From assembly GCF_006345805.1 (NCBI RefSeq), contig NW_021835473.1, forward strand, positions 1 through 38,473: a stretch of 38,473 nucleotides of DNA, given 5' to 3'. The notes under the pieces were generated by a model. That model was not told the DNA's origin and did no database searches. It was given only the letters and a program-made list of their open reading frames with translations. Below are positions 21,269 to 34,379 of this stretch, piece after piece (within the stretch, counting starts at the first letter, position 1; each line of letters begins with the position of its first letter). A program made the position numbers and the translations under genes. The DNA is from Octopus sinensis (Eukaryota).

Positions 21269-21671
21269 GGACAGCAGGAAGAAGTTTATAGATGTGTGGG
21301 CGCTACCTTGTCATGGGTGTGTATATGGGTTGCTGCAGCTTTGCTTCAATGTCTGTGTATATATATATGTATGTTGAGGTGTCTATGTGTAGGTTTGTTT
21401 AAATATCTGTGTGTGTACCTTTGTTTCAGTGTCCATATATGTGGGTGTGTATATTGCAGTATGTATATGTTTGATTAACAACATGCATGTGTATGTTAGC
21501 CAGCATTCTCACAGTGTGCATAATATACCTCTCCCCACCACCCACATTCACTTCTACATTCTTTCTTTCTTTCTCTGCTTACGTCATCTCCCCTCCCCCC
21601 ACCCATACCTTTCCACTTTTTCTCAGAAAAACTTGAATGTTTCTCAACCAATTTCTTTTTTGGTTTTACGT

Positions 21672-21998
21672 ACATACATACATGCATGCATGCATACATA
21701 TATACATACGTACGTACATACATACATACATACATACATACATACATACATACATACATGCATGCATGCATGCATGCATGCATACATACATACATACATG
21801 CATGCATATATACATACGTACATACATACATACATACATGCATGCATGCATACATACATGCATGCATGCATACATACATACATACATACATACATACGTA
21901 CATACATGCATACATACATTCATACGTACATACGTACATACATGCATACATACATTCATACGTACATACGTACATATAGACATACATACATACATACA
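21672..21998. repeat. Compound (TACA)n/(TGCA)n tetranucleotide microsatellite
   Basis: Read directly. Confidence 0.95.
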
Positions 21999-22234
21999 TT
22001 TATAAGTTTATGTACATTTATACATAATTGATATAATAGACAACAATTATTTCCTGGGATGGAACTCTGTCCCGAAGAGCAGAATCGAAATGAAAATAAT
22101 TACTGCTGATATGAAGTAATTACTTTTATTATCAAGTAATTAATGAGCAAATTACTCTGTTTGCTTTGAAGAACATCCTGTTTGTTTCCCCATAACTCAA
22201 ATGGGTGGTTCACACGCATTTAAGAAGTGACAAC

Positions 22235-22766
22235 TACCTTAAATCCTAGAGTATAGTCCACCCTTGAGTATAATAATACACAGGGCATTTTTAGGGGCCT
22301 GTACCTCTGAAAAACCTAAACCTTGTGAATAATATGCACCCCCTTCTCTAACTTGAGTCAAGGAGGTCTATATAACGCCCTTGGTTTGAAAAATGTATAC
22401 AGTAACGACCTTTATTATTATTATTGTATATATAACATAATGCAAACATGTAGCTTTTTTGTGCATTTTGTTTGCAGAAAATAAAGAAATAACAAGATTA
22501 ACGTCAGTGAAAAATAAATATTAAGTAAATTGCTTTTACATATTTATCACTAAAAGTTACAAAAGCAAAAGCAAAAACATTTATTCAAATCCTCCAAATT
22601 CATCGTCACTTTCAGCATCAAATAACTGTTCCTTTTGTTCCTCCGTAAACTTGTCAGCATCATCGCAGTGTAAATCTCCGTCATCGTCAGATTCATAGTC
22701 AACATCAGAAGATTCACTTTCGTTTATTTCATCTTTCCATACATCGTCATCCTGACTACCATCCAG
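22235..22766 (-). mobile_element. pogo-like DNA transposon 3' remnant (acidic transposase C-terminus plus TIR-like end)
   Basis: LDGSQDDDVW...SDDEFGGFE* resembles pogo transposase C-termini. TA-CCTTAAATCCTAGAGTATAGTCC at 22235 resembles pogo TIRs. Confidence 0.55.
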
Positions 22767-23725
22767 GCCATGTTTCACTGCCATGTAACACGGCTGTCCA
22801 CACACAGGCATCAAACAATCTGCCTTTCACTCTGAGATAGGCCCTCTGTTGCCAGCAGGGGGAGGCGATCTCTGAACTCTGCCCAGTCTAATCTTATTCT
22901 CACAGTCATACTCTCGGAGCAACCACCTCCACTACAAACTTGGTCACCTAGATACCAGAAGCTATCTACTACCTCTAACTTGCCCCCCACCCCCCACCCC
23001 ACCCAGGCAGTTGATGGAGTCTACTTTCTGAACGTTTTCAGCGTTTATTGTTTACCTCTTTTACTCTTTTACTTGTTTCAGTCAGTTGACTGCGGCCATG
23101 CTGGAGCACCACCTTTAGTCGAGCAAATCGACCCCGGCACTTATTCTTTGTAAGCCTAGTACTTATTCTATCGGTCTCTTTTGCCAAACCGCTAAGTGAC
23201 GGGGACGTAAACACACCAGCATCGTTTGTCAAGCAATGCTAGGGGGACAAACACAGACACACAAACACACATATATATATATATATATACACGACGGGCT
23301 TCTTTCAGTTTCCGTCTACCAAATCCACTCACAAGGCTTTGGTCGGCCAGATGCTATAGTAGAAGACACTTGACCAACGTGCCACGCAGTAGGACTGAAC
23401 CCGGAACCATGTGGTTGGTAAGCAAGCTACTTACCACACAACCACTCCTGCGCCTGTGCATCTTCCACATACAAAAGTTAGTTTCCTCGTTAAAGTACCT
23501 GTATTTTTGCTGTACCTTCTACGTGTCCAAAGCTTACACTGGTTGCATTGTATGAAGTTTCTACCTTCCCCCTTTCCTACAGATTGAGCAGAGCCATCTA
23601 CGTGAAGGGATTTGTGATTTGGAGCCATCTACCTGAAAGGATCTTTTACTTGTTTCAGCCAATCCCAGGACTTATTTTCTTAACCCTTTTGTTACCAACC
23701 TGGCTGAAACCACTTCTGGCTTTGA
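22767..23725 (-). mobile_element. Decayed RTE fragment (PHD-like insert and post-RT region) interrupted by a SINE
   Basis: NFIQCNQCKLWTRRRYS..TFVCGRCTG and KLEVVDSFWYLGDQVCSGGGCSE..WAEFRDRLPLL are homologous to the 16567-17379 ORF. Confidence 0.8.
23056..23455 (-). mobile_element. SINE family A
   Basis: Reverse complement of the full family A sequence, ending CTCCTGCGCCT on the plus strand. Confidence 0.85.
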
Positions 23726-24174
23726 GTACAAATGTCTTGTTTTCATAAGTTCCAGAAATATGGTAACAAAAGTGTTAAAATATATAATAGAGAAACAATT
23801 CTTAAGTACTTATTCTATCAGTCTCATTTTGCTGAGCTACAAAGTTATGGGGTTGTAAACACACCAACATCGGTTATCAAGTGGTGGGGCAAACAGACAC
23901 AGAGACATGCACATATAGATGCTACGGACCCTCCTGGGCACTAGAGAGGGTGTTTCAGAATATTCACATTCATAGCCCCTGTCCCCGGACAGAGGACTGC
24001 TACGCATTTTTATGGATACACATACATAACAGTTACTTTGTACAAATCTACACACACACGTTCTCGTACACACAAGCACATGCGTACATGGACACACACT
24101 CACAAAAGTATACACACACACACATATATATATATGTATATGTATATATATATATATTATATATATATATATAT

Positions 24175-24346
24175 AGGCGCAGGAGTGGCTGTGGGGTAAG
24201 TAGCTTGTTTACCAACAACATGGCTCTGGGTTCAGTCCCACTGTGTGATACCTTGGGCCAGTGTCTTCTACTATAGCCTCAGGCTGACCAAAGCCTTGTG
24301 AGTGGATTTGGTAGACAGAAACTGAAAGAAGCCTGTCATATATATG

Positions 24347-24381
<35 letters not shown>

Positions 24382-24576
24382 ATGTGTTTGTTTGTCTGTG
24401 TTTGTCTCCCCAACATTGCTTGACAACCGATGCTGGTGTGTTTACATCCCTGTTGCTTAACGGTTCGGCAAAAGAGACCGATAGGGTAAGTACTAGGCTT
24501 ACAAAGAATAAGTCCTGGGGTTGATTTGCTCGACTAAAAGATGGTGCTCAAATGACTGAAACAAGTAAAAGAGAGT
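24175..24576 (+). mobile_element. SINE family A
   Basis: Full head, core and tail. Confidence 0.85.
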
Positions 24577-24579
24577 ATG

Positions 24580-24615
<36 letters not shown>

Positions 24616-24678
24616 AGTGTCTTCTACTATGGCCTCTTCCGATTTGGTAGACGGAAACTAAGAGAAGCCCGCTGTATA

Positions 24679-24990
24679 TCTATATATATATAAAGACGAG
24701 ATTGTGTGTCTCTCTGTCTGTCTGAGTGAATCCATAAAACTCGAGAACTACACAATCGATTTCATTCAAATTTTACACATGCCTAACTTAAGGTCCATAT
24801 AGTGGCATGGGCCAAAAGAATTTTCAAATTCTTGCTTGATGCGACCCCGAAGCAATCTCTTATATCTTCCACTATTTCAGTATTACGAGTCAAAAGTGAA
24901 ACAATAACATCTCTACTGTAAAGTGAGATATTTTCAGTTTAATACTTTCACTATTAATACTGACTTTTAAAGTGAAACTATTATCTCACA
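24679..24990 (+). mobile_element. Probable non-autonomous Helitron 5' portion
   Basis: A|TCTATATATATATAAAG start, GTCTCTCTGTCTGTCTG tract and AACTCGAGAACTACACAATCGATTTCATTCAAATTTT, typical of Helitron-N 5' ends. The 3' CTRR/hairpin was not found. Confidence 0.55.
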
Positions 24991-25115
24991 TATATACAGG
25001 TATACATACATACATACATATATATAATATTTATATATTACGTATATATATATATATGTATACCTTTGCACATATGTATGTATATATGTGTGTATATATA
25101 TGTATGCATGTATAT

Positions 25116-25290
25116 AGGCGCAGGAGTGGCTGCGTGGTAAGTAACTTGTTTACCAACCACACGGTTGCGGGTTCAGTCCCACTGCGTGGCACCTTGGGCA
25201 AGTGTCTTCTACTATAGCCTCGGGCCAACCAAAGCCTTGTCAGTGGATTTGGTAGACGGAAACCGAAACAAGCCCGTCGTATATATGTAT

Positions 25291-25322
<32 letters not shown>

Positions 25323-25555
25323 GTGTGTGTATGTGTGTGTGTGTTTGTGTGTCTGTGTTTGTCCCCCTAGCATTGCTTGACAACCCATGCTGGTGTGTTT
25401 ATGTCCCTGTAACTTAGCGGTTTGGCAAAAGAGACCAATAGAATAAGTACTGGGCTAACGAAAGAATAAGGCCCGGGGTCGAGTTGCTCGATTAAAGGCG
25501 GTGCTCCAGCATGGGCGCAGTCAAATGACTGAAACAAGTAAAACAGTAAAAGAGT
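25116..25555 (+). mobile_element. SINE family A
   Basis: Full head, core and tail. Confidence 0.85.
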
Positions 25556-26250
25556 ATATATGTGTATTTAGAAGTGTACATATATTTGATTGTATATATA
25601 TGTATATATAAAGATGCACATCTAATATGTACACATGTATATATGCATACATATATATACACACACACACACAGATATATATATATATATACACATACAC
25701 ACATACATGTATATATACACACACACATATATGTGTGTGTGAGTGTGACATACTCACCAGTAAAATTTCCACTTATTTCTTATTTTTATTTTCTAAAATT
25801 TTCGTTGCATGTTGCAACCTTTTCAATAGTCTTGACTCTGTCCGTTATTTACACTGCGACCCCTTTTGTTTGTTTGTGCGCATGTGTGAGGGTCAGTGGG
25901 TCAGTATGTGTGTGTGCCTATACATGCATGCATGTACGTATGTATGTGTGAGTGTGTGTTTGCATGTGTATGTATGTATATATGTGTGTGTATGCATATG
26001 TGTATATGTATGTGTGTGCATCTGTATGTACGTATCCTGCACATTTATGTGCTTGCCTGTCCGTGTTTGTGTATATATGCACCTCTGTCCCCTTGTGCGT
26101 GCACCTCTGTCCCCTTGTGCGTGCATGTCTGTGTGTGTGTGTGTGTGTTATGTAACTATGTACCATGTTTGTATGTATGGATGTGCATCTTTATATGTGT
26201 GGATCCGTGTCTCCATATGTGTCTGTTCATATAGTCTACATACCTATCCG
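25556..26250. repeat. Low-complexity TA/CA/TG microsatellite region
   Basis: Read directly; includes a 22-bp tandem duplication near 26079-26122. Confidence 0.85.
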
Positions 26251-26608
26251 TCTGTATATTGATCTGTATATTGATAACAACTTGTTATCACACACACATA
26301 TCTTTTTTTTACTATGAATAAATTTATGTTTACAAGTTATTTTCTGAACGGAATGGAGTTTAAAAAGCAGCCTGTGTCCAGGTAAACTATGTGAATGCCA
26401 TGTAAGAATCTACTAACGTGGCTGAAGTGGTTGGCATAAGGAAGGGCATCTGGCTGTAAAATAATATCTCAAAAGGGTAACCACGATGTGTATGGTTACT
26501 GTCAGGGGTTAAATGATTATTGTTAAGAGCACAAAGGTTAAGCCATGATTTGACAGGGGAAACAGATTTATATATTGGGTCTTCCAATGGATTTTGACAA
26601 TGATACAA

Positions 26609-27220
26609 TCATATTTTCCCATGGATAGCTGCATGTGTAGTTAAGTTCCTTCTTCGGAAAAATGATTTACCACAGATATCACAGTGAAACTGTCTCTCGC
26701 CTGTATGAGTACGTTTGTGACTAGTCAAGGTCGAGTTGTCAGAGAATGATTTACCACAGGTAATACAGTGAAATGGCTTTTCTCCTGTATGAATATATGT
26801 GTGTGTAGTTAATTCACTGTTTTGAGAGAATGATTTGCCACAGGTAACACAGTGATACGGTTTCTCTCCTGTATGAAAACGTTTGTGTCGATTTAAGTGA
26901 CTGTTTTGAGAGAATGACTTACTACAGGTATCACAGTGAAATGGCTTTTCACCTGTATGAACACGTTTGTGATTAGTTAAGGCACTGTTTTGAGAGAATG
27001 ATTTACCACAGGTAACACAGTGAAATGGCTTTTCTCCTGTATGGATACGTATGTGTGTAGTTAATTCACTGTTTTGAGAGAATGATTTACCGCAGGTAAC
27101 ACAATGAAATGGCTTCTCACCTGTATGAACACGAATGTGATTAATTAAGTTACTGCTTGTAGAGAATGATTTACCACAGATTTCACAACTATGTTGCGAT
27201 TTTCCTAATTCTTTTGACAT
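26609..27220 (-). CDS. C2H2 zinc-finger protein A (7 fingers, about 203 aa, no effector domain)
   Basis: ATG at 27220 ([17 protein letters not shown]); seven CxxC-x12-HxxxH fingers with TGEKP linkers. Splice acceptor TTATTATTTCAG at 27647-27646. Confidence 0.9.
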   Translation of the reverse strand: MSKELGKSQHSCEICGKSFSTSSNLINHIRVHTGEKPFHCVTCGKSFSQNSELTTHIRIHTGEKPFHCVTCGKSFSQNSALTNHKRVHTGEKPFHCDTCSKSFSQNSHLNRHKRFHTGEKPYHCVTCGKSFSQNSELTTHTYIHTGEKPFHCITCGKSFSDNSTLTSHKRTHTGERQFHCDICGKSFFRRRNLTTHAAIHGKI

Positions 27221-27890
27221 TTCTCTAAGGGATACAAACAGACCCAACCATTGAAGTTTCTCACAGTATTAAATTTTCCCCTTATCTTTCTTCTCTCACC
27301 ACAGAATGTAATTTTCTTATTCTCGTTCTTGTAATTTATTCCCCAGAAATATTTCAAATCCTATCAACCTTGATTTTATTGATATCCAAAATTCTGCAAA
27401 CTTCTTTGTAAATATATTCAAGAATAATTAGAATGCAAAAGTACCAGATAAGGAGATGGAGAAATGTTGCTATGAATTGTTGCTCAGAGCAAATATTTCA
27501 CAGTAATTCAATCCCAGATTTATAGCAGTTGGGTTATTATATCTGTTCTCTAAAACGTTTTCATTTCGTCTTCAAAAAAACATGGTAAATATTCCAGATG
27601 TATCCAATGAACAAAAGATGTTTGGTGCCAATGTCATCTGTGAATCTGAAATAATAAAGAAACAGTTTTAGATAGAGAGGAGAGATCAAAATGGAAGTGT
27701 TACAACATTTCTATATTGATTAACAAATGATATCAAATAACATTGGGTGGAATCTAAAAATATGTAAACTACAACTACACTTTCACACAGTGTAACATTA
27801 CACACACATATATGTATATATATGTATATATATATCAATCAGGTCATCCCATAAGTTCTGTCTGAAATTTGAATAAAGAAAACAAGTGAT

Positions 27891-29042
27891 CAAACTGCAT
27901 CTAACCAGACTCTCTCCCTAATTAGTTGGGCTATGACCCTCTCCGTGACCATCACCTGATCCAACACTTTGATACCCCTGTAGTTATTTCTATCTAAAGC
28001 ATCACCTTTACCCTTGTAGCAGTTGACTAAGGGGCTGCTATGCCAGTCATTGGGTATGACTCCATCATGAACTACCTGGTTTACAAAACAGGTGACTTGG
28101 CCATAGCTCAGACCACCAGATATTTTAAGCATCTCAGCAATGATTCCTGATGGACCGGGGGCTTTTTCTGGCTTCATACTCTTAATTGCTTTATCTACCA
28201 GGGTGCAATCTATTCGGGTAGCTGGTCCTTTTACTGGGTCAACATTTGGCAGGCTTTCCTCCTCCCATTCATTCTCCATGTTCAGCAGTCTTTCATAATG
28301 GCTTCTCCAAGCCTCTTTCTTTTCAGAATCATTAAAAGCAAGGGCACCATCATCCATGCAGACACATTTCTCTCCTGTAACATCACAATTTTCTCCCACA
28401 CACTGTCTTGCAATCTGAAATACTTCAGTTCTTTGGTCCCCACGTCACAGGACATTGGCAACTTCCTTCTTTTCTACTTCACCCTTGGCTATGTATACAG
28501 GTCGCCCAGCCCCTCTTCTGGCTATCTGGTACACTCCCCCCCTACCCTCACCCTTCCAGGTTTGTTTCTTTGCTTTGATGGCTTTGCCTATCATATTATT
28601 CCACCCCCACATTACTCTAGGTCTGGAAGGGACTTTGCACAGACTTGCTCTGTGGCACTCAGTAAACTTGCTCCATAAGGATATCCAGCAGCCTTCTATT
28701 TCTTGATGAGGAGGTCCCTAAATCTCTGACCATGTGAAGGGTTCATTAGCTTCCAAATCCTTCTTTTCTGGATTGGTCTGCTTCTGGACATCCTTCTGGC
28801 CTCAAGTCTAAAGTCACCAATGATAATGATTAGTCTATGCTGGGGGTTATATTCTTCACTCGGGAGGGTCTTTGTATTTAAGAGCAACCCTGCATCCTGC
28901 TGTCTGTTGAGGATGAAATCAATCTGGCTAGCAGAGTCCCCTGATTGGTAGGTTATAAGGTAGCTGTCTGCTTTCCTGAAGTTAGTGTTGCAGATTAAAA
29001 GGTTGCATGCATCACAGAACTCCAGAAGCCCGGTTCCCTCAC
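27891..29042 (-). mobile_element. Decayed RTE fragment: APE endonuclease C-terminus, linker and RT N-terminus
   Basis: LLEFCDACNLLICNTNFRK..SQIDFIL..QHRL (endonuclease) and KAPGPSGIIAEMLK..IPNDW..YKGKGDALDRNNYRGIKVLD (RT); ends at LD(EM)QF. Confidence 0.9.
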
Positions 29043-29128
29043 TGTATCAAGTATTGGTGGTGGGGGGGCAGGAGAGGACGGGCACACCGCGAACAAAGTT
29101 TAATTTGGGAGATGGTACGAGGAACGAA

Positions 29129-29162
<34 letters not shown>

Positions 29163-29463
29163 TACATTCAAAGTGTTCATGGGGGATGAGAAATTAAACA
29201 AACCAGGGAACAAGTAATTATCTTAACGAAATTACATGAGATGAAGAGGGTATATATTGAGGTATATATCAGTTGAAATGGTTAGCTTCTGAAAACTAGC
29301 TGTTAGTAAGTAATACATTTAAAGAGTTAATAGTGTTAATTAATGTATTAATTAATGTGTTAATGGCGAATGAATGCATGAAAGATTGAAAAAAATGAGA
29401 GAATCTTAACTTAGCAATGCATCATCATTTGGCGACTATTTAAGTTAATTATTATATAATTTT

Positions 29464-29834
29464 GTAGCTTGCTTACCAACCACATGGTTCCGGGTTCAGT
29501 CCCACTGTGTGGCACCTTGGGCAAGTGTTTCAACTATAGCCTCGGGCCGACCAAAGCCTTGTAAGTGGATTTGGTAGACGGAAACTGAAAGAAGCCCATT
29601 GTATATGTGTATATATATGTGTGTCTGTGTTTGTCCCCCTAGCATTGCTTGACAACCAATGCTGGTGTGTTCATGTCCCCCTTACTTAGCGGTTCGGCAA
29701 AAGTGACCGATAGAATAAGTACTAGGCTTACAAAGAATAAGTCCTGGGGTCGATTTCCTCGACTAAAGGCGGTGCTCCAACATGGCCACAGTCACATGAC
29801 TGAAACAAGTAAAAGATTAAAGAGCAAAAGAGTA
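29464..29834 (+). mobile_element. SINE family A, 5'-truncated
   Basis: Core and tail homologous to 463-849. Confidence 0.85.
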
Positions 29835-30328
29835 AGTCAGTTATTTCTTTGTGGCCCGATAGCAAACCATTCATGAACCAGTACCAGCTGTGGCCTGGGG
29901 GTTATGGACCTCTCATATACAAGATTACATTGTCTGTCCTGTGTCCATTCATGGTTCTAGAAGATATTTTATATTTATGGTTACATAAGATACATATTTT
30001 GAGAAGCAATTTCGACATAGTATTTGTACCCAGTTTAGAACAGAAGTGGAAACAGATAGAATCCCATCTCCCTGTCTGTTGCCAGGGGCTACAAACAGAG
30101 AAACAGGTAAAAGAAGAAAAGAATATATTCAGCTGAATTTTATTTGTTTATCAATATTTTCTTTTTGTTTGATCAATATATGGTCACTTCACCTGCTAGA
30201 AACAACAGCTAAATTCTATGCAATTTAAACCTTCTGGTCCTGAAAACTAGAGATTACTTGCTGATTTAACGCTGGATAAAGAACGTTAGAAAAAAAACAA
30301 AAAACAGGAGAGTCATGGATGGAATATA

Positions 30329-30560
30329 TATTTCTTTATTGCCCACAGGGGGTTAAACATAGAGGGGACAAACAAAGACAGACAAACGGATTAAGTCGAT
30401 TACATCGACCCCAGTGCGTAACTGGTACTTTATTTATCGACCCCGAAAGGATGAAAGGCAAAGTCGACCTCTGCGGAATTTGAACTCACAACGTAACGAC
30501 AGACAAAATAGAGCTACGCATTTCGCCCGGCGTGCTAATGTTTCTGCCAGCTCGCCGCCT
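30329..30560 (-). mobile_element. SINE family B
   Basis: Homologous to 19352-19582. Confidence 0.85.
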
Positions 30561-30759
30561 TAATATAGCAACCATACCAGCATGAATGTCCATGGGACCC
30601 AAACCCTTTCTCTGCAAGTACTTGATGCCAAATTTTATCCATTTTCAAGAGATGTTGCTACTAGTTGCTTCCAGAGTCTTCTTTGAACAGTCTTTGTTCT
30701 TTGGAAAGAAATGATGCAGTTTTTAATAAGAAGTGTTGAAATTATTACATGCAAGAAAT

Positions 30760-30923
30760 GGCACAGGAGTGGCTGTGTGGTAAGAAGCTTGCTTACCAAC
30801 CACATGGTTCCGGTTCAGTCCCACTGCGTGGCACCTTGGGCAAGTGCTTTCTACTATAGCCTCGGGCCGACCAATGCCTTGTGAGTGGATTTGGTAGACG
30901 GAAACTGAAAGAAGCCTGTCGTA

Positions 30924-30973
<50 letters not shown>

Positions 30974-31190
30974 TGTGTGTGTGTTTGTGTGTCTGTGTTT
31001 GTCCCCCTATCATTGCTTGACAACCGATGCTGGTGTGTTTACGTCCCCGTCACTTAGCGGTTCGGCAAAAGAGACCGATAGAATAAGTACTGGGCTTACA
31101 AAGAATAAGTCCCAGGGTCGATTTGCTCGACTGAAGGCGGTACTCCAGCATGGCCGCATTCAAATGACTGAAACAAGTAAAAGAGTAAAG
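30760..31190 (+). mobile_element. SINE family A (antisense within the likely ZNF-B 3' UTR)
   Basis: Full head, core and tail. Confidence 0.85.
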
Positions 31191-31371
31191 AGAGCAAGAT
31201 TTCAAAGTTCTAGCATCCCTCCTTCATAGTAAGCCTATAAACCTTTTAGACCAGCCTCATAGCCATTTCCCTGAATGATTTATCATATACATCCAGCATA
31301 TTTTTGAGCTTAGCTGAGGTTCATCTTTCAGCAAATGACTCACCACAGACATCACAATGAAATGGCTTCTT

Positions 31372-32553
31372 TCAAGTGTGAATACGTTTGTGTCTAGTTA
31401 ACTTCCTTCCTACAGAGAAAGACTGACCGCAGATATCACAGTGATAAGGTCTCTCTCCAGTGTGAATGTGCCTGTGTGTAATTAAGTGGTCATTTCGAGA
31501 GAATGATTGACCACAGATATCACACTGATAAGGTTTCTCTCCCGTATGAATGCGTTGGTGTTTTGTTAAGATATGACTTTGAGAGAATGATTGACCACAG
31601 ATATCACACTGATAAGGTTTCTCCCCTGTGTGAATACGTTTGTGCTTAGTTAGGGAACGTCCCTCAGCATATGACTGACCACAGACGTCACAATGAAAAG
31701 GCTTCTCTCCAGTATGAACACGTTTGTGTCTGGTCAATGTACTCCCTTCAGAGAACGACTGACCACAGATAACGCACTGATATGGTTTCTCTCCTGTATG
31801 AATGCGTCTGTGATTAGTTAAGACAAAATTCTGAGAGAAGGATTTACCACAGATGTCACAGTCATATGGTTTTTCACCTGTATGAACGTGTTTGTGTTTA
31901 CTTAAGTAATTAGGCCGAGAGAATGATTTGCCACAGGTATCACAGTGAAATGGCTTCTCACCTGTATGAATACGTTTGTGCTTAGTTAAGTGATCGGACT
32001 GGGAGAAGGATTTACTACAGGTATCACACTGATAAGGTTTCTCACCTGTATGGATACGTTTGTGCTTAGTTAAGGTCCCTCCATCACAGAATGACTGGCC
32101 ACAGAAAACACACTGATATGGTCTCTCTCCTGTATGAATGCGTATATGTGTAGTCAAGCCATGATTTTGAGAGAATGATTTACCACAGACATCACAGTGA
32201 TATGGTCTCCCTCCTGTATGAATGCGTTTGTGAGTAGTTAAGTGGTAATTCTGAGTGAATGATTTACCACAGATATCACAGTGGTAGGGCCTCTCCCCTG
32301 TATGAATACGCTTGTGGGCAGTTAAGTGTTTATTTTGAGATAATGATTTTCCACAGATATCACAGCGATATGGTTTCTCTCCTGTATGACTACGTTTGTG
32401 AACCGTGAGGCTTTCTTTCCGAGTAAATGACTTTTTACAGATATCACAGTTGTGAGATGTTTTTCCTCTATCTTTTGGCACCTCCTCAATAAAGTCAAGA
32501 CTTTCCGTCAGCATTTTACATTTCACATTGTCCTCACGCAATTCACTTTCCAT
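31372..32553 (-). CDS. C2H2 zinc-finger protein B (13 fingers, 393 aa, no effector domain)
   Basis: 13 canonical fingers with TGE(K/R)P linkers. Acceptor CTCTTATTTCAG at 32836-32835. Confidence 0.92.
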   Translation of the reverse strand: MESELREDNVKCKMLTESLDFIEEVPKDRGKTSHNCDICKKSFTRKESLTVHKRSHTGEKPYRCDICGKSLSQNKHLTAHKRIHTGERPYHCDICGKSFTQNYHLTTHKRIHTGGRPYHCDVCGKSFSQNHGLTTHIRIHTGERPYQCVFCGQSFCDGGTLTKHKRIHTGEKPYQCDTCSKSFSQSDHLTKHKRIHTGEKPFHCDTCGKSFSRPNYLSKHKHVHTGEKPYDCDICGKSFSQNFVLTNHRRIHTGEKPYQCVICGQSFSEGSTLTRHKRVHTGEKPFHCDVCGQSYAEGRSLTKHKRIHTGEKPYQCDICGQSFSQSHILTKHQRIHTGEKPYQCDICGQSFSRNDHLITHRHIHTGERPYHCDICGQSFSVGRKLTRHKRIHT

Positions 32554-33215
32554 AATTTATATTTTCTCACCACAATATGCAGATGTTTACACACTTCATT
32601 CCTATAAAATTTCTTATCTTGGTCAATATCTGCAGAAGCTGCCAGCTCTTTTGTAATCCAAGGTTAATAGGAATGCAAAATCCTCATTGAAGAAGAAATA
32701 TTGCTGCAGTCGCAAGAAATATTTCACACAAAATTTACCTTCTTTCTATAAACAGGGATCTCTTTGTTCTGTGTCACAGCTTTATTTAATCTTTCAAAAA
32801 TGATAAATCCATTAATCCAATGTTATCCCGTAATCTGAAATAAGAGAGAAACAACAGAAATTACAGAGGATACTTGATAAAACAACAGAGACTACACAGT
32901 GGAAGATTTTACCTGTTATATTCATGACTATGGGAAGATATTTTTTTCATCTTTCACTTGTTTGACTGTGGCCATGCTGGGGCACAGCATTGAAGGGCTT
33001 AGATACACAAACCAACACTAATACTTAGTTTTTTAAGAGACTCTATTAGTCTCTGGCAAAACTGCTAGGTCAGAAGGATGTAAACAAACCTACTCCAGTT
33101 GTGATGCAGTCATGGGGGACAAATGCAACAGAAATACTCACACACACACATATGTAATGAAAGGGACTTCCTAAATCACAAAAGCAACAGAAATACATAC
33201 ATCAACATCATTTAA

Positions 33216-33427
33216 CCCTTTCGTTACAGTATTTATTTTGAGATGCTCTGTGTTCAATTTTAAATATAACAAAGAATTTAGTAAAATAACTTCGTTATCA
33301 TTAAGCTAGTGTTAGGAATATAAATTGTGACTAAGGTTTGGTGGAAGATTTTAATTCAGAACTTATGTAAACAAGACATTTGTACTCAGAACCAGAGCCA
33401 GTTTCAGCCGGGTTGGTAACGAAAGGG
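33216..33427. mobile_element. piggyBac-type MITE, 212 bp
   Basis: Perfect 12-bp TIR CCCTTTCGTTAC/GTAACGAAAGGG; TTAA at 33212-33215 and 33428-33431. Confidence 0.9.
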
Positions 33428-33431
33428 TTAA

Positions 33432-33700
33432 TGTCTGCTTTCCATACTGGCATGGGTCACACAGTTTGACCGGAGCCGATGAGCCGGAGAGCTACACCAG
33501 GTTCCAGTGTGATTTGGCATGGTTTCTATGGCTGGATGCCCTTCCTAACACCAACCACCCCAGGGGTGTAGTGGGTGCTTTTATACACTACCGGCAAGGG
33601 TGCCGTTTACATGACACCGGCAACAACCAGGACTACGATTCAAGGCAATGACTATGATGCAAGGGTGTCGTTTACACGGCACTAGCGGCACCCACGATGA
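33432..33700 (-). mobile_element. RTE 3'-tail repeat
   Basis: TGTCTGCTTTCCATACTGGCATGGG..GGCTGGATGCCCTTCCTAACACCAACC..GGTGCTTTTA. Confidence 0.75.
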
Positions 33701-33842
33701 CTCATGAGTCCTATTTCCATGACTCTGGTGACCACTATGACTCACAGGTGCAATTTACATGGCATTTGCACTGACCACGATTCCCAGGTGCCAATGTACA
33801 TGGCACCATCAATGACCATGGCTATGATGCACAGCACTAGCA

Positions 33843-33981
33843 TTCATCATCATCATCGTCATCATCGTTTAACGTCCGTTCTCCATGCTAGCACGGGTTG
33901 GACAGTTCGACCGGGGTCTGGGAAGCCAGGAGGCTGCACCAGGCTCCAGTCTGATCTGGCAGTGTTTCTACAGCTGGATGC
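33843..33981 (-). mobile_element. RTE 3'-tail repeat
   Basis: (CAT)n-CGTTTAACGTCCG..CCATGCTAGCACGGGTTGGAC..CAGCTGGATGCC. Confidence 0.8.
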
Positions 33982-34379
33982 CAAGAGGGGCATAAAACCT
34001 GCTTCCAGGAGATACCCCTCTTTAATGAGAGGCCCACCTCCGCCATTTACAAAGTCATCCCTCAACATCCTACTGGGGTAAAAAGAATTGAAGGCACAAT
34101 GAGTTTTTGGGACCCTACACACTTAAAAAGTATACAAGAAGCCTTTTTGGTAAAAAAAAAATACACATTTTCTGACAAAAAGATTTAAGGGAGATATGGC
34201 TGTTGTTTCTAGCATATCCTGTGACTGGTAAGGTTTCGGGTTGATAAAAAATAATTTCTTAATAGCATAAATGGGTTTATGATACTGATGGGGAGAATAT
34301 ATTGAAAATCATCAGAGTGAGAAAGACACGAGGAAGGTCATGAGATATGCTAGACACAGCAGCCAAATCGCCATTCAAT

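Noticed and set aside
29848-29915. hAT/Charlie-like terminal motif
   Set aside because: Short and degenerate, with no partner end.
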